Assembly (NCBI GenBank): GCA_019057385.1
Contig: JAHQJS010000007.1
Coordinates: forward strand, 384,001 to 448,000
Direction: 5' to 3'
DNA from: Candidatus Borrarchaeum weybense
GTDB lineage: Archaea > Asgardarchaeota > Sifarchaeia > Borrarchaeales > Borrarchaeaceae
Length of the DNA stretch: 64,000 nt
A program made the position numbers and the translations under genes. A model generated the notes under the pieces. That model saw only the letters and a program-made list of their open reading frames with translations, searched no databases and had not been told where the DNA came from. Of this stretch, positions 40,897-50,327 are shown piece after piece. The first letter of the stretch is position 1. The number at the start of each line of letters is the position of its first letter.

Positions 40897-42461
40897 GCTC
40901 CTATGTATAAATATATAGCTGTATACGAATTTTTAGGATAAATTCTAGGTGCTCTGTGAAATTCTTCGAGCAGTTGACAGTCTTCTTCTAAAATATAATG
41001 CCATTTTATTACAGTATAAGTAACTAATATCGTTTTTTCGGTGGCTACTAAGTCATTTACAAGAGACTCAAAATGGGGTGCATCAATGATCTCATATTCA
41101 GGTGCAAGGAATTCGAAGTGCATTCTCTCTTCTCTGACTATTACAACAACATCTTCTGGAGAATAGTTTGTCTGCACATACTCAACCACTTGAGTAAATG
41201 GAGAAGGAATAGTATGCAGACCATTCACGCTATAGGCGGACTGTACAAACATAGAAATAAGTAAAGGTGAGACTAAAAGGTCTTTTAAAAAAATTCCTCT
41301 TTTCTTAAATCGAGTTGATAGATACTCAAATGGTGTTTTCATTCCCCAAATATACATCAAGAAAAAAGGAACCACGATAGGTAACAGATACCGTGAATAT
41401 ACTGTTGTTATCAAATGAGGAAATACCCAAGCAAAGAATGAGATAAACCAAAGTAATAAAAACTGATTTCTTCTATCAGATATATCACTTTTTAATAGAT
41501 AAAAAAGAAATCCAAGCAGAATAATCGGAAGAGGCAGTATTTTATAAATATCTCCCCAATATCCTAACCCAAAACTATCTCGAAATAACGCATTGTATAT
41601 AGCCCTGTTTTTCTGAATTATTTCAGTCATTGTAGCTCGTTGATCAGGAAAAATGCCATGAGTACGTAATTGTCTTTCATATGATCCGACAAGATTAGAA
41701 TAATACCTAGTCCAACCGCCCGAAAAATACACCGTAGGTAGAAGCCAAAATAGAACAGTAACGCCAAAAATAACCATTACCTTTAAGAATACAATTAATT
41801 CTTTTCTCCAAATCTTGGATCCCTCATTTCCGTCATAATAAATACGTGCTAATGCGATGAAGGGAATTAAAATTCCGATAGCAATATCAGTAGGTCGAAT
41901 TCCCAAATGTAATGCAAAAGCAAATGAACCAAGATAAAATTTCTTTTTGTCATGTATTCCAAGATATAGCCAATAGCTCGCTGTCGACAAGAAAAACACA
42001 TTGCATACATCACTTAAGTCTACAACACTATGAATCTAAACAAGGGGACTTACAATAAAAAGGATTGATGAAAGAGTCGCTAAGTCTTTCCTATCAAAGA
42101 ATTTAATTGTAAGTCGATAAATTGGCAGAATTGTAAGTGTACTTGTGATGGCACTTACCATTGTTAAAGAAAAAATATGGTTTCTTGTAGGTAAATATAT
42201 TAACCATGCAAGAAAAACAAATACGATATACCCAGGCAAGTGAGGACGACCATATGTTGGTCCATAGTCATTTAAAGCCTTGGCAAAGTTTATGGTATCC
42301 CATTCATCTAGAGAAATTGACAAAAATAAGACTCTGCTAATAAAGCAAATTGTTATCAGAATTAATTCTTCAACTGTGATGTATTTTAGCAATTGAGTAT
42401 ACACTTTGTGAAAGAAATTCTGAAGGACTAATTTGTTCTTAGCAAGTTTTATATGATCCAC
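40893..42461 (-). pseudogene. PMT/ArnT-like GT-C glycosyltransferase with one in-frame TAG (42036..42038)
   Basis: The two ORF-track pieces are in frame: SPLV*IHSVVDLSDV; DEWD, PHLPGY, RYLLP motifs. Confidence 0.82.
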
Positions 42462-42624
42462 TCATTCCACCATGAGTATCAAAATGTAGAGACATTATTC
42501 GTGTTGTTTTATAAAAATATATCTTAATATTCTAAATAAACATTAAAACTAGTAAATCCGCACTTTTTGACTGATTCATTAGAAAAATTGGTTATTAGCA
42601 TTTAATAAGAAATGTATTATTTTC

Positions 42625-43254
42625 TTAGATCACTTTTTTTCCAGATGCCACAAATATGCTGACACTTGCATATTCATCTCCACAACAAGATGGCGCACAG
42701 CAGTTTTCACCTACGCAATCAACCATAATCTCTTTGAGTCCTGCTTTAATGAACCAAAGCTTAACATCTTCTCTCTTAAATCCCATCCAACGATCATATT
42801 GCTCTTTTTTCAAGAATTCGAAATTATGTTCATCAATATCAGTAATTATTAACTTACCATCAGGCTTTAAGATCCTCACCATCTCATTAATTGCAACTGG
42901 TGGGCTCTCTACGTGGTGCAGAAACATATTTGCAAACACATAGTCAACAATTTCATCTTCAATAGGAAGTTTTTCAGCCTCTCCTTTGCGATAATCAATT
43001 TTACCATCACATTGGAATTTCTTCTTTAATTCTTGGAGCATTGCATCCGATTGGTCTATGGCAATTACCTTCAAACCTCTTTGAAGAAGTCCTTCTGTAA
43101 TAAAGCCTGTTCCAACTCCAATATCTGCAGCAAGTTGATCAGGTTGGATGCTTGCCACGGCAAACGCCTTTTCCCTTACTGCCTCAGAAAAGAAAGTTTC
43201 TCGCATCTTGTCCCATTGGGATGCCACATCATCAAAATATTTCTTGCTACTCAT
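42625..43254 (-). CDS. Class I SAM methyltransferase with CC-xxx-CC tail
   Basis: DIGVGTG, NMFLHH, LKPDG, ENCCAPSCC. Confidence 0.88.
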   Translation of the reverse strand: MSSKKYFDDVASQWDKMRETFFSEAVREKAFAVASIQPDQLAADIGVGTGFITEGLLQRGLKVIAIDQSDAMLQELKKKFQCDGKIDYRKGEAEKLPIEDEIVDYVFANMFLHHVESPPVAINEMVRILKPDGKLIITDIDEHNFEFLKKEQYDRWMGFKREDVKLWFIKAGLKEIMVDCVGENCCAPSCCGDEYASVSIFVASGKKVI

Positions 43255-43363
43255 AAGAATTACTCCTTTCTGTGATGTTTGCTCCTTATCTTTATGGCCT
43301 AAAGTTGATTTTCCCTAATATCTTCGCAATTCATTTTTAAAGGTAAATGACACACGTCAATTA

Positions 43364-43990
43364 GTGACTTTGATGGAATTCCTGAAATTAAAGATTAGAC
43401 ATAGAGGATGTTGGTCAAAACTCACTAAGAGTTATCCTACTGTGACAATGAGTGCGATAACCACCCAGCGTGAATCAGATACATGTTCTACAATTCTTCG
43501 GATAACGGGTGAGTCGGTTGAAATTCGGAATTTATTACAAGAACTTCGCAAGCACTCCGACATTGGAGATTTCCAATTGAAAGAAATCAGTAAGGAAGCG
43601 ACAATCCGTCTAGTTTGTTTATGTACCCCTATCATCGATCTAATACAGAAATTTGCATACATTAAACCAGATGGTGTCGCATACCGAAATGGTTTCGAAT
43701 TTTGGGAAGTTATACCCTTTTCTAAGGATTCAGGTAAGGGTTTACTCAAAGAATTAAAATCCCACCACGAGTTTGAAATAATCAAAGTCGGGAAAAGAGA
43801 CATAGAAACTCTAACTGAACGCCAAAAAGAAGTTATTCGAACAGCTTTTGAATTGGGATATTACGATTTCCCTCGAAAAATCACATTAACACAATTAAGT
43901 GAGAAGTTAAATATGTCACCGTCTACGCTAAGTGAAATTCTTAGGACGGTGCATAAAAAAATAGTACCATATGCCCTGGACGTTTTATAG
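43364..43990 (+). CDS. HTH-10 (Bat-type) transcriptional regulator
   Basis: LTERQ..AFELGYYDFPR..LSEILR; N-terminal HRGCWS. Confidence 0.88.
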   Translation: MTLMEFLKLKIRHRGCWSKLTKSYPTVTMSAITTQRESDTCSTILRITGESVEIRNLLQELRKHSDIGDFQLKEISKEATIRLVCLCTPIIDLIQKFAYIKPDGVAYRNGFEFWEVIPFSKDSGKGLLKELKSHHEFEIIKVGKRDIETLTERQKEVIRTAFELGYYDFPRKITLTQLSEKLNMSPSTLSEILRTVHKKIVPYALDVL

Positions 43991-44087
43991 AATAATAAAG
44001 TCTCCATCAGAATAATTGTTTATCTAGAGTAACTTGTTATTAATCTATGAACAGTAAGGCAACTAAACTGATAATTTAAAGGTGGAT

Positions 44088-44215
44088 TTCTGTTTTACAA
44101 TTGCTTCGTGAACTACCACCCTACAAGTAGGGTGGCTTCCTGAATCATCCATTCCCCAGCGGGACATGTCAACCAGGCTCAACGGGCAGTCCCTGCCCTG
44201 ATGATAATGATGATG
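44088..44215 (-). ncRNA. TnpB omegaRNA with 3' guide GAAGCAATTGTAAAACAGAA
   Basis: Inferred from position overlapping the tnpB 3' end and right end; 5' boundary approximate. Confidence 0.6.
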
Positions 44216-45488
44216 ATCGTGCTTTTAAATAGTAAGTAGATCGATGTAAAACAGTGATGGCAGAATTATGGTCTCTCGCTAACACCAGTCCACAGTAAGG
44301 ACACCTGTGGATTCGGGTGGCCAGCGTTTTCGGTACCAGTTTTCCACACCGACTACACAGTTGTGTGGTGTGATAGGCACTCACATATTCTACCAGAGTA
44401 CCAGCTTCCTCCGCTTTGTACTCGGTAAAATGCATGAGTTGCCCCCATCCTGCGTCACTAATCGACTTAGCTAGATGATGGTTCTTCGCCATGTTGGTGA
44501 TCCTAAGTTTCTCATACACAATCAGGTCATAACTATCGACCAGTTTCCGACTGAGTTTGTGATGAAAGTCCTTCCGCTGATTGCGTATCTTCCTGTGTAC
44601 CCGTGCCATCTTCCTGTTCTGCTTGTGACGGTTATACGAGCCCTTAACCTTCCTGTCTTTCCTTCGCTGTTCTTTGGCTAATTGCTTCTCCGAGTGTCTC
44701 AACCAACGGGGGTTGTCTATTGTTTCGCCATTATTTAACGTTAACAAACTCTTCAACCCGACATCCACCCCTATCGCCTTCTGTAGCTCTCTTTTCTGAG
44801 ACTCAGGATCAGGATTATGCAGTGCTACTGCAAAACAAGCATACCAGTGGTCGACATCGCGTGTGATGGTGCAGGTCTTGACCTCGCCTTCAGATGGGAT
44901 AGGTCGGTGGAGTACGATGGTAATAGCTCCAATTTTCGAGAGTCGGAGTTTCTTGTTGTGGTAATCGAGGGCGAACCCACTTTGCGGGTAAGTGAAGGAA
45001 TCATACCGGTTTTTGCCTTTAAATCGTGGGTATCCGGCCTTTTCCCCCTTTTTAATGCGCCGAAAAAAGTGCTTGAAGCTCTTATCCAGTCGTCTCAGCA
45101 CGTCTTGCAGTACCTGCGAATGAACCGTTTTTAAAAATGGAGTGGTCTTTTTAGCGTCTTTTAATTGGTTGGCTTGCTCACCATACGTAACTGATTGTTT
45201 CTGAGTTTCCCAGGCATTTTTTCGCTCTGCCAGAGAGTTGTTATACAACAGTCGGCAAGTAGTAAGCCATTGAGTGAGAATAGTTGCCTGTGGTGTGGTG
45301 GGATACAAGCGAAATTTGTACGTACGTTTCATCACAGGTCTTCCTCTGTTCCCTTGAGCGTCATATCACTAACGATAGTATCCGCAAACAGCTATTTAAA
45401 CTGGGGGACACTACCGTGAAAGTAAAAACAGCAAAAAAACGCAATTCATCCCCCCCAACAAGTTGGGGGGTCTTCTTGCGAAGACATT
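44108..45488 (-). mobile_element. IS1341-type IS200/IS605 element (tnpB only)
   Basis: TTAT target, left-end hairpin 45449-45470, right-end hairpin ccaccctacttgtagggtgg-tagtTCAC; GC-richer than flanks. Confidence 0.92.
44169..45332 (-). CDS. tnpB: RNA-guided endonuclease TnpB
   Basis: YKFRLYPT, YPRFK, GVDVG (D), VYEKL (E), CSRCG/CPYCG, RDHNSA (D). Confidence 0.96.
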   Translation of the reverse strand: MKRTYKFRLYPTTPQATILTQWLTTCRLLYNNSLAERKNAWETQKQSVTYGEQANQLKDAKKTTPFLKTVHSQVLQDVLRRLDKSFKHFFRRIKKGEKAGYPRFKGKNRYDSFTYPQSGFALDYHNKKLRLSKIGAITIVLHRPIPSEGEVKTCTITRDVDHWYACFAVALHNPDPESQKRELQKAIGVDVGLKSLLTLNNGETIDNPRWLRHSEKQLAKEQRRKDRKVKGSYNRHKQNRKMARVHRKIRNQRKDFHHKLSRKLVDSYDLIVYEKLRITNMAKNHHLAKSISDAGWGQLMHFTEYKAEEAGTLVEYVSAYHTTQLCSRCGKLVPKTLATRIHRCPYCGLVLARDHNSAITVLHRSTYYLKARSSSLSSGQGLPVEPG

Positions 45489-46111
45489 ATAAATTCTTCT
45501 GTCGTGATAAGTTCGCAAGAAATATTTATTAGTTCTTCAATACCCTTTCCGTAGATCCCCGAAATCGCATCTTCAATGACTATCAACCTAAAACCCCGTT
45601 CACTTGCTTCATATATGGATGTTCTAGGGCAATTTGGGAAGTTACAGCCTGTAAAAACCAATGTTGTTATTCCTTTCTTTTGAAGGAAGTCTTCTAACGG
45701 CGTTTTGTAAAACGCTCCCCATCTGGGTTTATATATCACGAATTCGTTAGATGCTAACTCTTGGATTTCTCCACTCAGTAGTCTTTTTGCATCCAATTTA
45801 ACTTCATTAGGCTTTAGTTCTTTGACTAATTCAGCACCTTCAGAATTTGGAGCAACTACTTTTAATCCATCTTCCACTTTCTTTTTTCTACAGATATCAA
45901 CATTAGAACCATCTTCTTTGTAGAGTCTTATTATGTGGATTATTGGTTTACTCTTTTCTCTGAATCGTTTTAGAATTTTAACCATATTAGGAATTACATC
46001 ATCATAGGTTCCTTTAATCTCACAGATCGCATCTTTTAGCGAGAAATCATTTTGTGTATCAATTGTAAGCAATGCACTATTCTCATAATCTGGTTCTGTG
46101 TATTTAGCCAT
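45446..46111 (-). CDS. Isochorismatase/cysteine hydrolase; C-terminus replaced by IS sequence
   Basis: IDTQNDF, KPRWGAF, GCNFPNC; native tail MKQL* lies beyond the IS at 44095..44107. Confidence 0.88.
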   Translation of the reverse strand: MAKYTEPDYENSALLTIDTQNDFSLKDAICEIKGTYDDVIPNMVKILKRFREKSKPIIHIIRLYKEDGSNVDICRKKKVEDGLKVVAPNSEGAELVKELKPNEVKLDAKRLLSGEIQELASNEFVIYKPRWGAFYKTPLEDFLQKKGITTLVFTGCNFPNCPRTSIYEASERGFRLIVIEDAISGIYGKGIEELINISCELITTEEFIMSSQEDPPTCWGG

Positions 46112-46151
46112 AATATAGCCTCTTTTGAACGAAGATTATTATGAACGGCGT

Positions 46152-46676
46152 CTAGAAGATTGTTTTCTTTCTGTATTCGAGATATTCATTTCCGAACTTT
46201 TTTTCCAAATCCTTTTCTTCCATATACTTCCAGATCAGTATTAATGGAATCCATATTACCGCAGAAAGCAAGGTTAAAAAACTCTTTGCCATGAGTGGGA
46301 ATCCAACATGTATGAGCATAATACCAACATACATAGGATTTCTAAATTTAGAATATATTCCGTTAGTGACAAGATAATCTAGTTCTCTGAATCCTCTTTT
46401 TGATTTGGCAGATACTACAAACAGCACTAAGCCTAGTATTCCTATTGCTAGACCCAATGGCACCGCAATATAGTCCGATATGTTTATTCGAATTGGATCG
46501 AAAAAAGACATCAAAAACCATCCAACGTATCCAATGAAAATAATTATTGTTAGTACAATCTCAAACATCTTTGATTGTCCAAGGCTATATCCTTTGTATT
46601 CAAAGAAATGAGATATTGTATGCAAAAGGTATCCAATTAAACACAGTATAAATGCGATTAAGAAAATTTGATTCAT
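46152..46676 (-). CDS. ICMT/PEMT-family membrane methyltransferase
   Basis: LVTNGIY, RNPMY, EEKDL..FG.EY..Y. Confidence 0.85.
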   Translation of the reverse strand: MNQIFLIAFILCLIGYLLHTISHFFEYKGYSLGQSKMFEIVLTIIIFIGYVGWFLMSFFDPIRINISDYIAVPLGLAIGILGLVLFVVSAKSKRGFRELDYLVTNGIYSKFRNPMYVGIMLIHVGFPLMAKSFLTLLSAVIWIPLILIWKYMEEKDLEKKFGNEYLEYRKKTIF

Positions 46677-46803
46677 ATTAACAGAAATAGTTTTCTACAT
46701 ATATATAAGATTATTTGAAAGATTCTGGAGAAATATAATTTCCTTAGAACGGATTAACGTTTAGTGAAAAATTCAGGATCAAAATTAAAAATTATACTGC
46801 TGC

Positions 46804-47145
46804 TTATGTTTCTTGGATCGCACGATCATAACTTTTTCTCACAAAAGGCATAATTTGATCCAAGTCTTTTTTGCGATTGATAGGTATCCTTGCCCAATTA
46901 TGAACTGTTTTTTTGCCAGTTTTAAAAGGAGTCGTCGAGAACTGTTGAGATAGTATCTCTTTCTCTTTTTTATCTAGTTTTGTAATAACTATGCCCTTTG
47001 TCACAAGAAACACGAAAAGCTTACCATTCGATTGATAGCAAGGGCAACCAAACATTTTCTTGATATCGATCTGCTTCCACTTAAGCACCTTCTCTTCAAA
47101 AGCTAATCTTAGATCTTTCATTTCATCTTCTGAATAATATTTCAA
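46804..47145 (-). CDS. TfoX/YjbR-like protein
   Basis: KKMFGCPCY..NGKLF. Confidence 0.65.
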   Translation of the reverse strand: MKYYSEDEMKDLRLAFEEKVLKWKQIDIKKMFGCPCYQSNGKLFVFLVTKGIVITKLDKKEKEILSQQFSTTPFKTGKKTVHNWARIPINRKKDLDQIMPFVRKSYDRAIQET

Positions 47146-47228
47146 TTAGAACCCCCGAAATTGATTTTCTGTGAACTACTAAGAGCTTATTATGAAATAA
47201 TTCAAAAAAAGAGTAAAAGTTAAATTTT

Positions 47229-47507
47229 TTACTTACTTTTCCATCTTTTAAGGGTTGGATAGTGCTTTTCAGCCTCTTTTTTTGCCTGCTCTTCTGTCAA
47301 TGAACCAAAAGAGAGTTGTAAGAGTAGTTCCGTTGCCCTTTCAATCATCTGCTCCAGTGTGGCCTCTGGATGCGTAAATTCTCCGTTCTGGAAACAGTCT
47401 TGACAGTAATCTTCGCTTTTACTTCCATCAGCGTTTGTTCCATAACCTTCTAACATTTCGAATGGCAAGCCACAAAACTGGCAAAATGGTCCTTTTTGCA
47501 TTTCCAT
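47229..47507 (-). CDS. Zinc-ribbon protein (Zn_ribbon_2)
   Basis: FCQFCGLP, GTNADGS, YCQDCF, LKRW. Confidence 0.88.
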   Translation of the reverse strand: MEMQKGPFCQFCGLPFEMLEGYGTNADGSKSEDYCQDCFQNGEFTHPEATLEQMIERATELLLQLSFGSLTEEQAKKEAEKHYPTLKRWKSK

Positions 47508-47660
47508 ATTCTCACCTCATTTTTTTAGCTATTATTATTAAATAGTTCTTATAGTTTTTCTTTCCTTAGTAAAGAGTTGATTTACGAAATGCTATCGGTA
47601 TACACTGTGTTATAGACTTTTGATTAGTTCAGAAAAAAGCGTAAAACCCCATTTATGTCA

Positions 47661-47933
47661 CTATCTTTGCAATCTTTTAAGTTGAATGAACATTCTAGCC
47701 TTTTCTTTAGCTCGCTCTTTTGATATATTCATTTGTTTTACCAAAATACTAGCCACTACTTCAATCATTTGTTCTGTTGAGAGCTTATGATGTGTCAACT
47801 TACCATTCTGAAAACATAATCGACAATAATCATTGTTTATACTACCATCAGCGTTTGTCCCAAAATCTTCTGTCTTCTCGATTGGCTTCCTACAGATACG
47901 ACAAAAGAATCCTTTCGACAATCTTAATTCCAC
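47661..47933 (-). CDS. Zinc-ribbon protein (Zn_ribbon_2), tandem paralog
   Basis: FCRICRKP, GTNADGS, YCRLCF. Confidence 0.82.
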   Translation of the reverse strand: MELRLSKGFFCRICRKPIEKTEDFGTNADGSINNDYCRLCFQNGKLTHHKLSTEQMIEVVASILVKQMNISKERAKEKARMFIQLKRLQR

Positions 47934-48012
47934 AGGGGGTTCTCATTTCATATACAATTATTCATTCGATGTTATATTATCTTGTAAGTGATTAAATTTA
48001 AATAAATATTAG

Positions 48013-49161
48013 TCATAGAAAACGCAAAAGTCCTGTTTGATCTTCATCAACATCTAGATTTTCTCGAATGAACTCCTCTATTTCATCATTGACATTTCGA
48101 ATTTCCTGTAATTCATTTCTTTTTGCTATAGCTACAATAGATTCCTTCAAATTTTGTATATTCATTCCTGCCCAATATTTCTTACTCCAAGCTTTACCTA
48201 ACATTTGTTGCCTATACGCTTCATTTAGAAGTTTTTCAGCAATTGAATAATTCATTCTTCTAAAATCCTGTGGAATAAACCTTTTCACTCGGTAAGGCAA
48301 TTCATATTTCTCGCATAAATTGAGCATTTTTTTATTAATCTTTTTATGATAGCTTGTCTTTGGAGTGTATTTTCCTTCATATGATTCTGGATTGTATTTA
48401 AAGTCATAAAGTTCTTCGTACTTTTCAATTAATTCAGGATATCTTTCGTTCAAATGTTTCAAAAACCATTTGGCTTGTAAATCTCTCATAGTAACTCCGC
48501 TGCCAAATAGAATAAAATCTGCTCCTGTCTCTTTGATCTTCTTTGCCATCGCCTCTAAATGTTCATCTGAATCACACAGGTATGGTACAATTGGAATAAA
48601 TGATACTCCTGCTTGAATGTAATTCGTCTGGTCTTTTATTGTTCGAATTACATCAAATCTTTCTTTAGGTGTTGGAACTCTAGGTTCCAAGAACTTTGAT
48701 ATCTCTTGATCGTTTGTTGTAATTGTCACACAAATACTACACCAAGAGTCTTTTCCAATCTTTTCTAATATATCGAGATCTCTTAAAACCAGTTTTGATT
48801 TTGTTCCTACACTAACGGGATATTTATGCTTTGAAAAGACTTCTAAACATTGCCTAGTATTCTTGTATTTCGCTTCTGCAGGTTGATAAGGATCATTGGA
48901 CCCAGTAGCCACAACATCTGGTAGTAGTTTTCTTGCTCTTGTTAGTCTTTTATCAAGCATTTCTTTGATATTTTTCTTAACAATAATAGTATTCTCAAAA
49001 TCAGTAGGCATCCGGTATTTCGCACTTCTTGAATCACAATAGATACAGCCAAATTGACAGCCATTGTATGTATTGATGGTATATTTGCACCAATACCAGC
49101 TATCGATATACTTGAAGACATTTAATATCGATTTGAACTCTTTTTCAATATATTCTACCAT
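48013..49161 (-). CDS. SPL-like / Rv2578c-family radical SAM protein
   Basis: YNGCQFGCIYC, DPYQPAE, TKS, LEP. Confidence 0.87.
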   Translation of the reverse strand: MVEYIEKEFKSILNVFKYIDSWYWCKYTINTYNGCQFGCIYCDSRSAKYRMPTDFENTIIVKKNIKEMLDKRLTRARKLLPDVVATGSNDPYQPAEAKYKNTRQCLEVFSKHKYPVSVGTKSKLVLRDLDILEKIGKDSWCSICVTITTNDQEISKFLEPRVPTPKERFDVIRTIKDQTNYIQAGVSFIPIVPYLCDSDEHLEAMAKKIKETGADFILFGSGVTMRDLQAKWFLKHLNERYPELIEKYEELYDFKYNPESYEGKYTPKTSYHKKINKKMLNLCEKYELPYRVKRFIPQDFRRMNYSIAEKLLNEAYRQQMLGKAWSKKYWAGMNIQNLKESIVAIAKRNELQEIRNVNDEIEEFIRENLDVDEDQTGLLRFL

Positions 49162-49221
49162 AAATTATCACTAGGAGTTTTTCTTTTACTCTTAAGAAAA
49201 AATCGAAAAAAAGGTAACATA

Positions 49222-49569
49222 TTAAGACCTAATCATTACTAAAAGCATCTTGTACGGCGTTACTGCTCTTAGGGCATGTGGGTCGTTAGCGGGCATTATA
49301 ATCATTTCACCTGCATTAACACGATAAGCTTCGCCTGAGATGGTTATCTCTGCTTCACCATCAAGAATACAAACTAAAGCATCAAATGGCGCCGTATGCT
49401 CACTTAATCCCTCCCCTTCGTCAAAAGAGAATACAGTTACGGTTCCTGTTTCTTTATCCATAATGGTTCTACTCACTACAGAGCCCTCTTGGTAAGCTAC
49501 TAATTCGCTTAGGTTTTTGACAACTGCTAAGAGCTTTTCATCACTTTTAATTCTTTTAATATTTTGCAT
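49222..49569 (-). CDS. Cupin-domain protein
   Basis: GLSEHTAPFDA, MPANDPHAL. Confidence 0.9.
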   Translation of the reverse strand: MQNIKRIKSDEKLLAVVKNLSELVAYQEGSVVSRTIMDKETGTVTVFSFDEGEGLSEHTAPFDALVCILDGEAEITISGEAYRVNAGEMIIMPANDPHALRAVTPYKMLLVMIRS

Positions 49570-49660
49570 GATTTCTCACCTATAATTTTAAACAAAAGTT
49601 CATCGTAAAGTTGCAAACATGTTTTTAACCTAAGTATTTAAGAAGAATTAGTTTTAATCT

Positions 49661-50173
49661 TTGGTTATGGCAATCAAAGATGTCTTATTAATCGGGAATC
49701 CTAAATTGAGGCAAGAATCATCAGAAGTCACGGATTTCAACTTAGAACTTAAGGAAATACTCCAGGATCTTAAAGATACTCTTATTCATCTTCAGAAAAC
49801 AAAAAAGATCGGCAGAGGGCTAGCTGCGCCTCAGATAGGTCATATGAAGAAGGTCATCCTTTTTCTATTACCAGAACAACCATTCATTATGGTTAACCCT
49901 AAAATAACTTGGAAAAGTGACGAAATGTTTCAAGTGTGGGATAGCTGCTTCTGTTTCGATGTTGCATTTTTTGTCCAAGTTGAGAGGAACAAAAGCATTA
50001 AAGTTGAGTATCAAGATGAGAATGGAGATATTAAAACAGAAGAATTCGTTGGAGACCTATCCGAATTAGTACAGCATGAAATTGATCATCTTTATGGAAT
50101 CTTAGCTACAGATCATCTTAAGGATGTAACTAAGATTATAATGAGAGATGAATGGGAGAAAATTGTAACTTAA
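49661..50173 (+). CDS. Peptide deformylase-like protein
   Basis: GRGLAAPQIG, DSCFC (EGCLS variant), QHEIDHLYG. Confidence 0.85.
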   Translation: MVMAIKDVLLIGNPKLRQESSEVTDFNLELKEILQDLKDTLIHLQKTKKIGRGLAAPQIGHMKKVILFLLPEQPFIMVNPKITWKSDEMFQVWDSCFCFDVAFFVQVERNKSIKVEYQDENGDIKTEEFVGDLSELVQHEIDHLYGILATDHLKDVTKIIMRDEWEKIVT

Positions 50174-50327
50174 TGAAATAAACAATATTCTAAGTCAATT
50201 TTTTATTGAAAATATTCACAAATATTTTATATTCACGCCTTATAGGAATAACAAATAAATCTGGATGCAATTATACTTCACTGGACTTCCCATTTCGATT
50301 TTTATAGCATATTAAGGGGGGATTGGG

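Noticed and set aside
43998-44009. 12-nt match aagtctccatca to the 4652 mini-element
   Set aside because: Too short to distinguish from chance
44199-44217. TGA/TCA microsatellite in the tnpB tail
   Set aside because: Short, imperfect and in frame; no evidence of function
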